From assembly GCF_038871235.1 (NCBI RefSeq), contig NZ_JAVZIN010000007.1:1-64000 (forward strand): a stretch of DNA of 64,000 bases, read 5' to 3'. The notes below the pieces were generated by a model. It searched no databases, was not told the origin of the DNA, and was given only the letters and a program-made list of their open reading frames with translations. The stretch comes from Candidatus Hadarchaeum sp. Lineage in GTDB: Archaea > Hadarchaeota > Hadarchaeia > Hadarchaeales > Hadarchaeaceae. Position numbers and translations under genes: made by a program. Below, piece by piece: positions 28,143 to 38,765 of the stretch. Numbering within the stretch: position 1 is the stretch's first letter; each line of letters starts with the position of its first letter.

Positions 28143-29831
28143 ATGCCAATGGTCGAGATGACTGGAGCGAAGGCGCTTTTCGAGGCTCTGAAGGCAGAGG
28201 GCGTGCGGAACATCTTCGGGATACCTGGAGGTGCTATTATCCCTGTCTACGATGCGCTTTACGATGAAACCGAAATTCGCCACATACTCACTAGGCATGA
28301 GCAGGCAGCAGCGCATGCGGCTGATGGTTATGCTCGCGCCACGGGTAGACCGGGCGTTTGCCTTACCACCTCAGGCCCGGGTGCGACCAATCTGACCACC
28401 GGAATCCTCAACGCCTACATGGATAGCTCGCCGGTGGTTGCCATCTCGGGGCAGATGCCGAACTCCGTGCTGGGCAGTGACGCTTTTCAGGAAGCCGACA
28501 TGCTGAGCATCATGCTGCCGATAACTAAGCACAACTTTATCATCCGCAATGTCGCCGATCTCCCCGCCATAATCAGGCTCGCATTTAAAACAGCCACCAT
28601 CGGGAGGCCGGGCCCGGTGCACATAGATCTGCCTAAGGATGTTCAAGTAAGCAAAGCCGACCTAAAGATTCCTGCCGAAGTGAATTATCAGAAGGTGATA
28701 AAGTATGACCCCAACCCTGAGGACATCCGGAAGGCGGTTAAAATGCTGGTTGATGCCGAGCAACCAGTGATATATGCCGGCGGCGGCGTCATCATCTCCT
28801 CAGCTTCAGCCGAGGTCGTCACTCTGGCTGAGATGCTGGGTGCTCCGGTGGTGACTTCTTTGATGGGCAAAGGCGTGATTCCAGAGGACCACCCCCTCGC
28901 GCTCGGCATGCTCGGCATGCACGGACGCATGGCGGCCAACCTTGCGGTGAGTGAGTGTGATGTTCTGCTGGGAGTGGGGGTCAGGTTCAGCGATCGGGCC
29001 ACCGGAGACGTTCGTCACTTTGCTTCACGAGCTAAGATCATTCACATTGACATCGATCAAGTGGAGCTAGGTAAGAATGTTCGAGTGGATCTACCGATAA
29101 TCGGTGATGCCAAGCGGGCTCTCACCGAGATAATAAACGGGCTTAAGCTGCAGGTGAAGCAGGATAGAACCAGCGCTTGGCTGCGGAGGGTGAAGAAGAT
29201 GAGGGAGGAGCTAGCCCCGAGGATGGATTACGATGAGGTTCCCACCAAGCCGCAGCGCGTGATTAAAGAGATAATGAGCGTGCTTAACGATGACGCGATC
29301 ATCGTGACTGAAGTGGGACAGTGCCAAATGTGGGCAGCTCACTTTTACGTGGTCAGAAAACCCAGACATTTCATCTCCTCGGGTGGCTTGGGGACGATGG
29401 GGTTTGGATTCCCAGCTTCGATGGGCGTCAAAGTGGCCCGGCCCGAGTGTGATGTGGTCGATATAGCTGGAGATGGCAGTTTTCTCATGAATTCCCAGGA
29501 GCTGGCCACGGTGGTGGAAAACAAGATAAATGTGGTTTCCTGTATCTTTAACAACGGTTACCTCGGCATGGTCAAGCAGTGGCAGGACCTCTTTTATCAG
29601 AAAAGACGTTCAGGGGTCTACTTGGGCAAGGCACCTGATTTCGTGAAACTTGCCGAGGCCTACGGCGCCTGGGGCGATCGTGCCTCGAGGCCAAGTGAGA
29701 TAGCGCCTAAGCTGAGGGAGGCGCTGAAATGTGGAAAGCCTGCGATACTCGATATACCAATTGACCCCGACGAACATGTGTTACCGATGGTGCCATCCGG
29801 AGGGAGGCTGGATGAGCCAATACTCACGTAG
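28143..29831 (+). CDS. ilvB: Acetolactate synthase large subunit
   Basis: FGIPGG, RHEQ, TSGPGATN, GMLGMHG and GDGSF...NNGYLGMV TPP motif. Confidence 0.96.
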   Translation: MPMVEMTGAKALFEALKAEGVRNIFGIPGGAIIPVYDALYDETEIRHILTRHEQAAAHAADGYARATGRPGVCLTTSGPGATNLTTGILNAYMDSSPVVAISGQMPNSVLGSDAFQEADMLSIMLPITKHNFIIRNVADLPAIIRLAFKTATIGRPGPVHIDLPKDVQVSKADLKIPAEVNYQKVIKYDPNPEDIRKAVKMLVDAEQPVIYAGGGVIISSASAEVVTLAEMLGAPVVTSLMGKGVIPEDHPLALGMLGMHGRMAANLAVSECDVLLGVGVRFSDRATGDVRHFASRAKIIHIDIDQVELGKNVRVDLPIIGDAKRALTEIINGLKLQVKQDRTSAWLRRVKKMREELAPRMDYDEVPTKPQRVIKEIMSVLNDDAIIVTEVGQCQMWAAHFYVVRKPRHFISSGGLGTMGFGFPASMGVKVARPECDVVDIAGDGSFLMNSQELATVVENKINVVSCIFNNGYLGMVKQWQDLFYQKRRSGVYLGKAPDFVKLAEAYGAWGDRASRPSEIAPKLREALKCGKPAILDIPIDPDEHVLPMVPSGGRLDEPILT

Positions 29832-29839
29832 GTGTTGAG

Positions 29840-30322
29840 ATGAAAACGCGAATGTTTTCTGTGCTCTGCCAGAATGTTCCTGGAGTCATGATGAGGATAT
29901 CCAGATCTTTCACTAGGCGTCAGATCAACTTGGACTCGATCACGGTGGGCATCGAGCCCAGCGGTCTGGCCCGGGTTATCCTAACCTTCAAGGCCGACGA
30001 TCGTCTAGCGGAGTTCATGCGCAGGGTACTTGCCCGAGCCGAGCCGATAATAGATGTCGAGGTCATTGATCCGGAACGTAGCATTGCTAGGGAGATTGCG
30101 CTGTTGAAGACCAAGAAGCTTGATGAGGAGCAGCTTTGGAAAGTGGTGCAGAAAGTCGAAAGCGCTGGCGGCAAGGTTTTGGAGGACAAGGGGAACGTTT
30201 TGATCATCGAACTCAGTGGCAGCCATGAGCACATAGAAAAGGTGGTCGCGGAGCTGGGTCCGGATATTCTCAGGGAGGTCGCCCGCTCGGGTCAGGTTCT
30301 TATATCCCGAGAGACAACATAA
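29840..30322 (+). CDS. ilvN: Acetolactate synthase small (regulatory ACT) subunit
   Basis: NVPGVMMRI..FTRRQINLDSITVG, REIALLK and EVARSG. It lies between ilvB and ilvC. Confidence 0.88.
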   Translation: MKTRMFSVLCQNVPGVMMRISRSFTRRQINLDSITVGIEPSGLARVILTFKADDRLAEFMRRVLARAEPIIDVEVIDPERSIAREIALLKTKKLDEEQLWKVVQKVESAGGKVLEDKGNVLIIELSGSHEHIEKVVAELGPDILREVARSGQVLISRETT

Positions 30323-30332
30323 AAAAGATAAC

Positions 30333-31319
30333 ATGGCGAAGATATATTATGATAAGGATGCGGACATTGCCCCCTTGCAGGGAAAGACAATTGCCATCAT
30401 AGGTTACGGAAATCAGGGGCAGGCCCAAGCCAAGAATCTCAGGGATTCTGGATGCAAGGTGATCATCGGCAATATAAAGGATGCCAGTTATGAACAGGCG
30501 AAGCGGGATGGTTTTGAGGTTTACGACATCCCGGAGGCCGCTAGGCGTGCTGATATTATCCACATTTTGATTCCGGATGAACACCAGGCCGACGTTTATC
30601 GGGAGCAGATTCAGCAGCATCTCACCGCGGGCAAGGTCCTCTGCTTTAGTCATGGATTTAACATCCATTTCAAGCAAATAGTGCCACCTAAGGATGTGGA
30701 CGTTATCATGATAGCTCCGAAGGCGCCCGGGGCCATGTTGCGACAGATGTATGAGCGCGGTTCCGGAACGCCGGGATTACTGGCGGTTGAACAGAATGCC
30801 AGTGGGAGGGCTAAGGAGATAGCGCTAGCGATGGCGAAGGGAGTTGGGTTGACTAGGATCGGGGTTGTTGAGACCACTTTTAAGGAAGAGGTGGAAACCG
30901 ACCTGTTTGGCGAGCAGGCGGTGCTGGTGGGTGGAGTTTCCGAGCTGATGATCGCCGGGTTTGAAACTTTGGTCGAGGCGGGCTATCAGCCGGAGATAGC
31001 TTACTTCGAGTGCATCAACGAGCTGAAGCTGATCATCGATTTGGTCTATGAGCACGGCATCGAGGGGATGATGAAGGCCGTTAGCAACACGGCCGAGTAT
31101 GGTGGTCGCACTAGGGGCAAATGGATAGTCGATCGTAGAACGAGAGAAACAATGAAGCGGATGCTGGAGGACATCAAGAGCGGAAAGTTTGCCAAGGAAT
31201 GGATAGAGGAGAGCAAGGCGAACCTGCCAAACCTGCGCAGGATGCGCGAGGAAGGGAAGAAGCACTTGGTTGAGCGGGTCGGAAGGGAGCTGCGCAAGTG
31301 GGCCGGAATCGAAAAGTGA
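30333..31319 (+). CDS. ilvC: Ketol-acid reductoisomerase
   Basis: IIGYGNQG, PDE, SHGFNIH, APKAPG, ETDLFGEQ and SNTAEYG. Confidence 0.97.
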   Translation: MAKIYYDKDADIAPLQGKTIAIIGYGNQGQAQAKNLRDSGCKVIIGNIKDASYEQAKRDGFEVYDIPEAARRADIIHILIPDEHQADVYREQIQQHLTAGKVLCFSHGFNIHFKQIVPPKDVDVIMIAPKAPGAMLRQMYERGSGTPGLLAVEQNASGRAKEIALAMAKGVGLTRIGVVETTFKEEVETDLFGEQAVLVGGVSELMIAGFETLVEAGYQPEIAYFECINELKLIIDLVYEHGIEGMMKAVSNTAEYGGRTRGKWIVDRRTRETMKRMLEDIKSGKFAKEWIEESKANLPNLRRMREEGKKHLVERVGRELRKWAGIEK

Positions 31320-31382
31320 TAATTTCCCTCTACCGCCAGAATTTTATATTTATAACGTGATGCCTTCTCGGAGGCAGGACCG

Positions 31383-33041
31383 ATGAAGCTTCGCAGCCGA
31401 GAGGTAGTGGTTGGGCTAGAGAGCCTTCCCCGCCGAGCTCTGTTGAGAGCCGATGGCCTGACCGATGCTGATATCGAGAGGCCGTTTGTGGCCATAGCCA
31501 ACTCCTACAATAACATTGTGCCGGGACATTTACATCTGCGGCAGCTGGGCGAGGCGGTTGCGGCGGGTGTTCGGGAGTCCGGTGGCACACCTTTTGAGTT
31601 TAACACTATTGGTATCTGCGACGGCATCTCGATGGGAACCCGAGGAATGTGTTACTCGCTGCCCTCCCGGGAAGTCATCGCCGACAGCGTCGAGTTGATG
31701 CTTGAGGCTCATAGATTCGATGCCGTAGTTTGCGTGGCTAGCTGCGATAAGATCGTCCCAGGGATGCTGATGGCCATGGCGCGGGTGAACATTCCCGGGA
31801 TAATGGTCACTGGCGGGCCGATGATGCCTGGAGAATGGGGCGGGCAGAAGTTGGATGTGATCAGCGCCTTTGAGGCCGTTGGTGCGGTTAAGTCGGGCAA
31901 GATGAGCGAGAGAGAAGCACGGATTATCGAGGAGCGCTGTTGTCCCGGCTGCGGCTCATGTGCGGGACTGTTCACGGCCAACACCATGGCCTGTCTCACC
32001 GAGGCTATGGGAATGTCACTACCAGGGATGGCGACCGCTCACGCTGTTGATTCTAAAAAAGTAGCTCTAGCCAAGCGGAGTGGCTCTCAGGTTCTGAAGT
32101 TGCTTCGTCTGGGGATAACAACTAGAAGGATAATGACGCGACCTGCCTTTGAAAATGCGGTGATAGTAGACATGGCCATTGGGGGCTCGACGAACACCGT
32201 GCTGCATCTTCCGGCAATCGCCCACGAAGCCGGGATCAAGTTGGATCTGGATATATTTGATAGGTTGAGCCGAAGGACGCCGCATCTCTGCAGCTTGAGG
32301 CCTGGAGGTTCACACACGATGCTTGATTTAGACAGGGCTGGTGGAATACCTGCTGTCATGAAGCGGCTGAGTGGGCTAATTCGGGGCACACCTCTTACCG
32401 TCACTGGCAGACGGGTTCGGGACAACTTGAAGTTCGTCAAGATACCGGAAAACGATGTCATCAGGCCGCTCAATCGACCGTACCATCGCGAGGGCGGCAT
32501 CGCGATTTTATATGGTAATTTGGCCCCGAAGGGAGCTGTGGTAAAATACGCTGGCGTTAGTCCTCGGATGATTCGGCACAGAGGGCCGGCAAGGGTTTTC
32601 GACCGTGAGGATGACGCGGTGAAGGCGATATTAGGTGGCAAGATCAAACGTGGTGATGTAATTGTCATCAGATACGAGGGACCCAAAGGAGGCCCTGGGA
32701 TGCGTGAGATGTTAGCGGCTACTTCTGCCTTGGCTGGCGTGGGGTTAATCGATTCCGTGGCTTTGGTGACTGATGGGAGGTTCTCCGGCGGGACGAGAGG
32801 TGCAGCAGTGGGCCATGTTTCGCCCGAGGCCGCGGAGAAGGGACCCATCGCCGCCGTTGTCGAGGGAGATAAAATATTGATTGACATTCCCGGACGCAGG
32901 CTGGAGGTAATGGTTCCGGAGCAGGTGCTTGAGGAGAGGCTGGCGAAGGTGAAACCGCTTCCACCGAAAATAAAAACTGGTTATCTGGGATTATATTCTA
33001 AAATGGTTAGCTCGGCTGCAGAGGGAGCCATAAGACTTTGA
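31383..33041 (+). CDS. ilvD: Dihydroxy-acid dehydratase
   Basis: [38 protein letters not shown] and TDGRFSG. Confidence 0.97.
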   Translation: MKLRSREVVVGLESLPRRALLRADGLTDADIERPFVAIANSYNNIVPGHLHLRQLGEAVAAGVRESGGTPFEFNTIGICDGISMGTRGMCYSLPSREVIADSVELMLEAHRFDAVVCVASCDKIVPGMLMAMARVNIPGIMVTGGPMMPGEWGGQKLDVISAFEAVGAVKSGKMSEREARIIEERCCPGCGSCAGLFTANTMACLTEAMGMSLPGMATAHAVDSKKVALAKRSGSQVLKLLRLGITTRRIMTRPAFENAVIVDMAIGGSTNTVLHLPAIAHEAGIKLDLDIFDRLSRRTPHLCSLRPGGSHTMLDLDRAGGIPAVMKRLSGLIRGTPLTVTGRRVRDNLKFVKIPENDVIRPLNRPYHREGGIAILYGNLAPKGAVVKYAGVSPRMIRHRGPARVFDREDDAVKAILGGKIKRGDVIVIRYEGPKGGPGMREMLAATSALAGVGLIDSVALVTDGRFSGGTRGAAVGHVSPEAAEKGPIAAVVEGDKILIDIPGRRLEVMVPEQVLEERLAKVKPLPPKIKTGYLGLYSKMVSSAAEGAIRL

Positions 33042-33314
33042 CCAGTTTTCCAGAAAGTGCGGAAATTGTACTCATTCGGCACGATTTCAAGGGTCTAAAA
33101 TTTGACTGTTTGAGAAACGACAGCCTCGAATAAAAACACAAGATATAGCCATGTCACAGGTTTACCTTGCTCAACAAATTTCAATCGTTTTATTTGGCAT
33201 GAGATAGCTGTGTCATCCAGTGGCTTAAATCCCAAGCGAGGCACAATAGCCAAATGTTTACTGGCAATCACAATAAAACTTAAAGATTGGGCCACTTAAT
33301 CAGGTTGGAAGTTC

Positions 33315-34571
33315 ATGCCGATGACGATTGCGGAGAAAATACTGGCCCGGGCGTCGGGGCGCCAGAGCGTGTCTCCTGGCGAGATAGTTGAGGCCCGAGT
33401 TGATGTTGCCATGATTAATGACATCACCGGCCCGATCACGGTGGAGGCTTTGGAGCAGATCGGCGTTAAAAGAGTCTGGAATCCCTCGAGGGTGGTAATC
33501 GTCTTGGACCATCAGGCACCAGCCACATCGATCGAGGCCTCTCGAGAGCACATTGGGTTACGCAGGTTCGCGGCTCGGAACGGGGTTCAGAATTTTTTTG
33601 AGGTGGGCGAGGGAGTATGTCATGAGGTGCTTCCCGAAAACGGTTTTGCTCTTCCCGGCGAGCTCATCGTCGGAGCCGATTCCCATACCTGCACCTATGG
33701 GGCCTTCGGCTGTTTTGCCACCGGTATTGGTTCCACAGATATGGCGGCTGTCTTCGCCACCGGAAAGCTGTGGTTCCGTGTGCCTGAGAGCATGCTGGTG
33801 AGAATCGAGGGGACGCTGAGAAGCCGGGTCTCACCGAAGGACCTGATTTTAAAAATCGTGGGCGAGGTCGGAGCCGATGGTGCCACTTACCGTGCCATCG
33901 AGTTCTCCGGCAGCGGTCTGAGTAGGATAAGCGTTGGGGGTAGAATGACGATGTGCAACATGGGGGTCGAGATGGGGGCAAAGACAGCTATTGTCCCCCC
34001 CGACAGAACCACCTTTAGATATTTAAGGGGAAGGGCCAGATGGGGTTACCAACCAGTTTACAGTGATGCCGGTGCGAGTTACGTCGACGTAATGGAACTT
34101 GATCTGTCAAAACTTGAGCCTCAGGTAGCTCTGCCCCACAATGTGGACAGGGTGCGACCGGTGCGTGAGGTTGCCGGGGTAAAAATCGACCAAGCCTTTT
34201 TGGGCAGTTGCACGAACGGCAGGCTTGAGGACTTGATTGAAGCGGCCAAAGTGTTGAAGGGTAAAAAAGTAGCCCCAGGAGTAAGGATGCTGGTTGTTCC
34301 GGCGTCACGAGAGGTTTACTTGGAGGCGCTCAGAAAAAAGGTACTGCAGAAATTCGTGGAGGCTGGTGCAATGGTGGGATCGCCATCATGTGCGGCCTGC
34401 ATGGGGGGGCACATCGGAATCATCGGACCGGGAGAGGTCTGCATCTCCTCGTCCAACCGGAACTTCAGAGGGCGCATGGGCAGCCCGGAGGCCAAGGTTT
34501 ATCTGGGCTCTCCAGCTACGGTTGCCGCTTCAGCCCTGAGAGGAGAGATCACTGATCCGAGGGACGTGTAA
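33315..34571 (+). CDS. leuC: 3-isopropylmalate dehydratase/homoaconitase large subunit
   Basis: DH, GADSHTCTYG, GSCTNGR, CAACMG and SNRNFRGRMG. Confidence 0.92.
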   Translation: MPMTIAEKILARASGRQSVSPGEIVEARVDVAMINDITGPITVEALEQIGVKRVWNPSRVVIVLDHQAPATSIEASREHIGLRRFAARNGVQNFFEVGEGVCHEVLPENGFALPGELIVGADSHTCTYGAFGCFATGIGSTDMAAVFATGKLWFRVPESMLVRIEGTLRSRVSPKDLILKIVGEVGADGATYRAIEFSGSGLSRISVGGRMTMCNMGVEMGAKTAIVPPDRTTFRYLRGRARWGYQPVYSDAGASYVDVMELDLSKLEPQVALPHNVDRVRPVREVAGVKIDQAFLGSCTNGRLEDLIEAAKVLKGKKVAPGVRMLVVPASREVYLEALRKKVLQKFVEAGAMVGSPSCAACMGGHIGIIGPGEVCISSSNRNFRGRMGSPEAKVYLGSPATVAASALRGEITDPRDV

Positions 34572-35086
34572 TGGCTAAGGCTTGGGTCTTTGGAAATAAC
34601 ATCTCAACCGATGACATCATCGCCGGGCGTTATCTGGTCCAGAGAGATCCGAAGCAGCTGGCCAAACATGTGATGGAGGCGGTGGATCCGAGTTTTGCCG
34701 CCAAGGTGAGGGCTGGAGATGTCATCGTGGCGGGAAAAAACTTCGGCTGCGGTTCAAGCCGGGAACATGCACCGATGGCTTTGAAGGGAGCAGGAATTGC
34801 CGCGGTGGTGGCTGAATCGTTTGCTAGGATATTTTTCCGAAACGCGATAAACCAAGGGTTACCTGTGTTGATCTCCAAGGAGGCAAGGCGTGGATTCAGG
34901 ACCGGTGATGGTATCCGGGTGGATATCAGCAGGGGCGAGGTGCTCAACACCAGCACGGGCAAGAAATTTGATGCTGAACCGCTTCCAGATTTCCTGATGG
35001 AGATCTTGCGAGCCGGTGGACTGCTGCCTTATCTCAAGAGGATGGGTCGGAAAAGTGGTTTCTTGAGGGAAAAAACCGCTGTTTAA
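34571..35086 (+). CDS. leuD: 3-isopropylmalate dehydratase small subunit
   Basis: [18 protein letters not shown] and [12 protein letters not shown]. Confidence 0.92.
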   Translation: MAKAWVFGNNISTDDIIAGRYLVQRDPKQLAKHVMEAVDPSFAAKVRAGDVIVAGKNFGCGSSREHAPMALKGAGIAAVVAESFARIFFRNAINQGLPVLISKEARRGFRTGDGIRVDISRGEVLNTSTGKKFDAEPLPDFLMEILRAGGLLPYLKRMGRKSGFLREKTAV

Positions 35087-35125
35087 GCTTAAGAGCCCTG
35101 ATGTCAAGATTGTTCAGGTGATAGT

Positions 35126-36256
35126 TTGACAAGGTACAAAATAGCAGTCATCCCGGGTGACGGCGTCGGCCCGGAGGTTATTCGAGAGGGCGTCAAGGTC
35201 CTTCGTGCTGCGGCGGATGTGGCGGGCGGAATTGATCTGGATTTTGCGGAGTTCCCTTATGGCGCCGAGCACTACCTCAAAACAAATGAGCTGATCCCAG
35301 AAGAAGTGTTAAAAGAACTGTCCCGTATGGATGCGATTTACCTCGGAGCCTTGGGCGATCCCAGAGTACCTACTGGAATCCTGGAGCAGGGAATACTGCT
35401 CAGGTTGCGTTTTTACTTTGATCAGTACGTAAATTTGCGTCCCGTTAAGCTCTACCCGGGCGTACCATGCCCCCTGGCTGGAAAAGGACCGGAGCACGTG
35501 AACTTCTTCGTGGTCAGAGAGAACACGGAGGACTTTTACGTGGCACTGGGTGGAAGGGCTAGAGGCAAGCAAAAAGCCAATTTAGATCTCATCAGAGCGC
35601 TGTATGAGGCGAAGTTTAACCTAGACATCGATGTCGATAGGGATGAAATAGCCTATCAGCTTGGGGTCATAAGCAGAAGGGGAGCCGAGAGGGTCATTCG
35701 CTATGCGTTTGAGCTGGCCCGGAGGAAGGGAAAAAAGCGCCTGACCTCCGTGGATAAAGCCAATGTCCTCACTCATGTCTACGGGCTCTGGCGAGAGGTC
35801 TTTGAGTCGGTGGCTAGAGAGTATCCTGAAATTGAAACAGAATATGCCTTTGTGGATGCCGTTGCTATGTGGTTCGTGAAGAATCCCGAGTGGTATCAGG
35901 TGGTGGTGACGCCGAACATGTTTGGGGACATCATCACCGATCTCGGCGCCATGATTCAGGGAGGTTTAGGTCTGGCACCGGGTGGCAACATCAACCCAGA
36001 TGGCGTGAGCATGTTTGAGCCCATTCATGGATCAGCGCCAAAGCATGCGGGAAAAAATGTGGCTAATCCAATAGCCACAATCTTGGCCGGTCAGATGATG
36101 TTAGAGGAACTGGGTGAACAGGAGGTTGCTGACATCATCGAGGCGGCCGTCGTTGAGGTGCTTCGAGAGAGGAGGGTCAGGACTTATGATTTGGGCGGAA
36201 GATCGAGCACCTCGGAAGTTGGCGATGAAGTGGTTAGAAAGATAGAGAACAGGTAG
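35126..36256 (+). CDS. leuB: 3-isopropylmalate (beta-decarboxylating) dehydrogenase
   Basis: [33 protein letters not shown] and EPIHGSAP. It follows leuCD. Confidence 0.88.
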   Translation: MTRYKIAVIPGDGVGPEVIREGVKVLRAAADVAGGIDLDFAEFPYGAEHYLKTNELIPEEVLKELSRMDAIYLGALGDPRVPTGILEQGILLRLRFYFDQYVNLRPVKLYPGVPCPLAGKGPEHVNFFVVRENTEDFYVALGGRARGKQKANLDLIRALYEAKFNLDIDVDRDEIAYQLGVISRRGAERVIRYAFELARRKGKKRLTSVDKANVLTHVYGLWREVFESVAREYPEIETEYAFVDAVAMWFVKNPEWYQVVVTPNMFGDIITDLGAMIQGGLGLAPGGNINPDGVSMFEPIHGSAPKHAGKNVANPIATILAGQMMLEELGEQEVADIIEAAVVEVLRERRVRTYDLGGRSSTSEVGDEVVRKIENR

Positions 36257-36319
36257 CGGGAGGAAGACTTCGGTTCAACGGGGATATATTAGTTCAGTAA
36301 AGATATTAGTTGGGAAAAC

Positions 36320-36883
36320 ATGAGGCTGGTTGTCGCCATAACCGGAGCGAGCGGTGCTCCATACGGGCTGAGATTTCTCGAAGCGTGTCAACGGCTGGGG
36401 ATAGAAACAGAGCTCATCGTCTCAAAAAGCGCGGAGAAAATCTTGATGCTGGAGCTGGGAAAAGCCGCCGCTGATCTTCGCAGGCTGGCCACGCGGAGCT
36501 ACTCTCCCGATGATTTGGAGGCGCCACCATCCAGCGGGTCTTATCCTGTTGACGGCATGGTGGTGATTCCCTGCAGCATGAAAACGCTGGGTGAGATCGC
36601 AAACGGCATCTCTCATGATCTGATAACCCGGGCGGCTGATGTGATCCTTAAGCAGAACCGCACGCTGGTGCTAGTGCCGCGCGAAACTCCACTTAGCTTG
36701 ATTCATCTGGAAAACATGACCAAACTCAGGCGAGCCGGAGCCATAATTTTACCCGCCGCCCCGGCGTTTTACATAAAGCCTGAAAAAGTAGCGGACCTGG
36801 TGGACTTCATCGTGGGACGGGTTTTGGAGATGTTTGGCATCGATCACGGCCTTTATCCCCGTTGGTCCGGCGCGGGTGAGTGA
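36320..36883 (+). CDS. ubiX: Flavin prenyltransferase UbiX
   Basis: AITGASG, SSGS, PCSMKTL, RAADV.LK, PRETP and PAFY. Confidence 0.94.
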   Translation: MRLVVAITGASGAPYGLRFLEACQRLGIETELIVSKSAEKILMLELGKAAADLRRLATRSYSPDDLEAPPSSGSYPVDGMVVIPCSMKTLGEIANGISHDLITRAADVILKQNRTLVLVPRETPLSLIHLENMTKLRRAGAIILPAAPAFYIKPEKVADLVDFIVGRVLEMFGIDHGLYPRWSGAGE

Positions 36884-36906
36884 TCGGTGCTGGCCGAGGC
36901 GATAGG

Positions 36907-38079
36907 ATGGGGTTAAATCTGCCCCCGATCAAGAAGTTTGAGTGCACGGAATGCAAGTATGCTGATTATAGGATTTCCGCCCGTGAGATAGGTGAGACGA
37001 TACCCGGGGGCTGTCCGAGATGTGGAGGAAATCTGCGGGTCGCGGCCGAAGAGGTGCCAGATTGGCTGAAGAGGCCGCTTGAAACAGTTGCAAAAAAATT
37101 TGAGATTTTGGATTTAGTGGCGCGAAGGGATAGAATTGAGCTTGAGGTTTCTTCGCGAAACGTTCGCAGCGCCTTTCGCTATGCGTTAAAGGTCCTCGAA
37201 AAGGAGGATTACCTCCCAGTGATGCGGGAGCATGAGGGCGAGCTGAGGCTTACTCTGGTGAAGCGTCCGGCTATTCGGGAAGGTAGGATCCTGACTAATG
37301 TGGCACTTTTTGCTGCCACAGTGGCTTCAACATTCATCGCCGGATATTACCTCTTTGACAGCTCATTTACCAGTGCCGCGCTTTTTTCCGCGTCGCTTTT
37401 GACAATGTTGGTGGCTCACGAATTAGGCCATAAGCTGTCGGCTCGGCGCAATCGAGTGGCTTCCACGCTCCCCTACTTCATCCCTGCTCCCCCGCCATTT
37501 CCCTTGGGGACGTTTGGGGCGGTTATCAACATAAAGAGCCCCATACCCACCAAGGAGGCCCTTGTCGAGATGGGCGCCTCCGGACCAATCACCGGGTTTG
37601 TTCTTTCAGTGATAATAACCTTCATCGGCCTTTCGCTTTCAGTCCCGAGTCAGCTGGAGAACCCGCTGCCGTTTGTACCTTTAATGTTCGGTTTGCTGCA
37701 GCTGATAAGTTTGGGCAGGGTCACCAGCGCTTTTGAGTTAAACCCGTTGACATTCTCCGGCTGGGTGGTGATGCTCCTGACCATGTTCAACATGATTCCG
37801 GTGGGGCAGCTTGATGGCGGACATATCGCTAGGGCGGTTCTAGGGCGCGACCGCCACTTTTTGCTGACTAGGATGTTGGGGTTTTTGTTGATGCTCTTAG
37901 GGTTGGCTTTTCCAGACATGCCGATTTTCTTTGTTTGGGGCCTTTTGATCTTAGTTTTCTTCAGAGGTTATCATCCCGGGGCATTGGATGACATTTCACC
38001 GCTTTCCTTGCGCCATAAATTTTTAGCGGCAGCAGCACTGGCGGTGTTTGTGCTCTGTTTGCCTCTTCCTCTCGGGTAG
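36907..38079 (+). CDS. Site-2 protease (M50) with N-terminal Zn ribbon
   Basis: HELGH, GTFGAVI, GPITG and NMIPVGQLDGGH, with an N-terminal CTEC...CPRC. Confidence 0.88.
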   Translation: MGLNLPPIKKFECTECKYADYRISAREIGETIPGGCPRCGGNLRVAAEEVPDWLKRPLETVAKKFEILDLVARRDRIELEVSSRNVRSAFRYALKVLEKEDYLPVMREHEGELRLTLVKRPAIREGRILTNVALFAATVASTFIAGYYLFDSSFTSAALFSASLLTMLVAHELGHKLSARRNRVASTLPYFIPAPPPFPLGTFGAVINIKSPIPTKEALVEMGASGPITGFVLSVIITFIGLSLSVPSQLENPLPFVPLMFGLLQLISLGRVTSAFELNPLTFSGWVVMLLTMFNMIPVGQLDGGHIARAVLGRDRHFLLTRMLGFLLMLLGLAFPDMPIFFVWGLLILVFFRGYHPGALDDISPLSLRHKFLAAAALAVFVLCLPLPLG

Positions 38080-38099
38080 ACGATAGATAAATAGGCAGG

Positions 38100-38717
38100 G
38101 TGGAAAAACTCAGCTATGGTGCCCGGGTGAGGGGAAAATTCATCTGCATTGAGGGATTAGATGGGAGCGGGAAGAGCACTCAAGTGAGATTGCTCGCTAA
38201 TTGGTTGCGAAATTTGGGTTATAAGGTAGTTGTTACCGAGGAACCAACAGGAGGTCCGATCGGTAAAATAATAAAGTTGGCTTTGGCGGGAAAGCTTAGG
38301 ATACCGGTGGCAGCTGAGGCACTTCTTTTTGCCGCTGATAGGTTGCAGCACGTGGAACAGGTGGTAGCTCCGTCGCTCAATTCAGGCAAGTTCGTTATTT
38401 CAGATAGATACACGGCCTCCTCCCTTGCCTACCAGTCGGCCCGTGGGCTTCCCCTCAAATGGGTAATGAAGGTAAATGAGATGGCACCGGAGCCGGATCT
38501 GATGATATTGATAGACGTTCCTGCAGAGGTTTCGGCTCAGAGAATAAATCGTTCGCGCAAACTTGATGAATTCGAAAAGAGCCTTGAACTTCAGCGAAAG
38601 GTTAGACAAGTATATTTGAGCATTGCCAAGTTATGCAAGATGAAGGTGGTCGATGGCAATCGTTCGATCGACGAGGTTCAGGCGGAAATTCAACAGCTGG
38701 TGAAAAAGCAGCTGTAA
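38100..38717 (+). CDS. tmk: Thymidylate kinase
   Basis: EGLDGSGKST, LLFAADR and SDRY..SSLAYQ. The start may be GTG 38127. Confidence 0.95.
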   Translation: MEKLSYGARVRGKFICIEGLDGSGKSTQVRLLANWLRNLGYKVVVTEEPTGGPIGKIIKLALAGKLRIPVAAEALLFAADRLQHVEQVVAPSLNSGKFVISDRYTASSLAYQSARGLPLKWVMKVNEMAPEPDLMILIDVPAEVSAQRINRSRKLDEFEKSLELQRKVRQVYLSIAKLCKMKVVDGNRSIDEVQAEIQQLVKKQL

Positions 38718-38765
38718 TCTCTTTGGTTTTGCGTCTGGCTTGTTTTGACGGTAGTTCTCAGCGGA

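Noticed and set aside
32087-32887. 266-aa minus-strand ORF, and similar long antisense ORFs in coaBC, srp54, hypF and feoB
   Set aside because: These are antisense or alternative-frame shadows of well-supported genes in GC-rich coding sequence.
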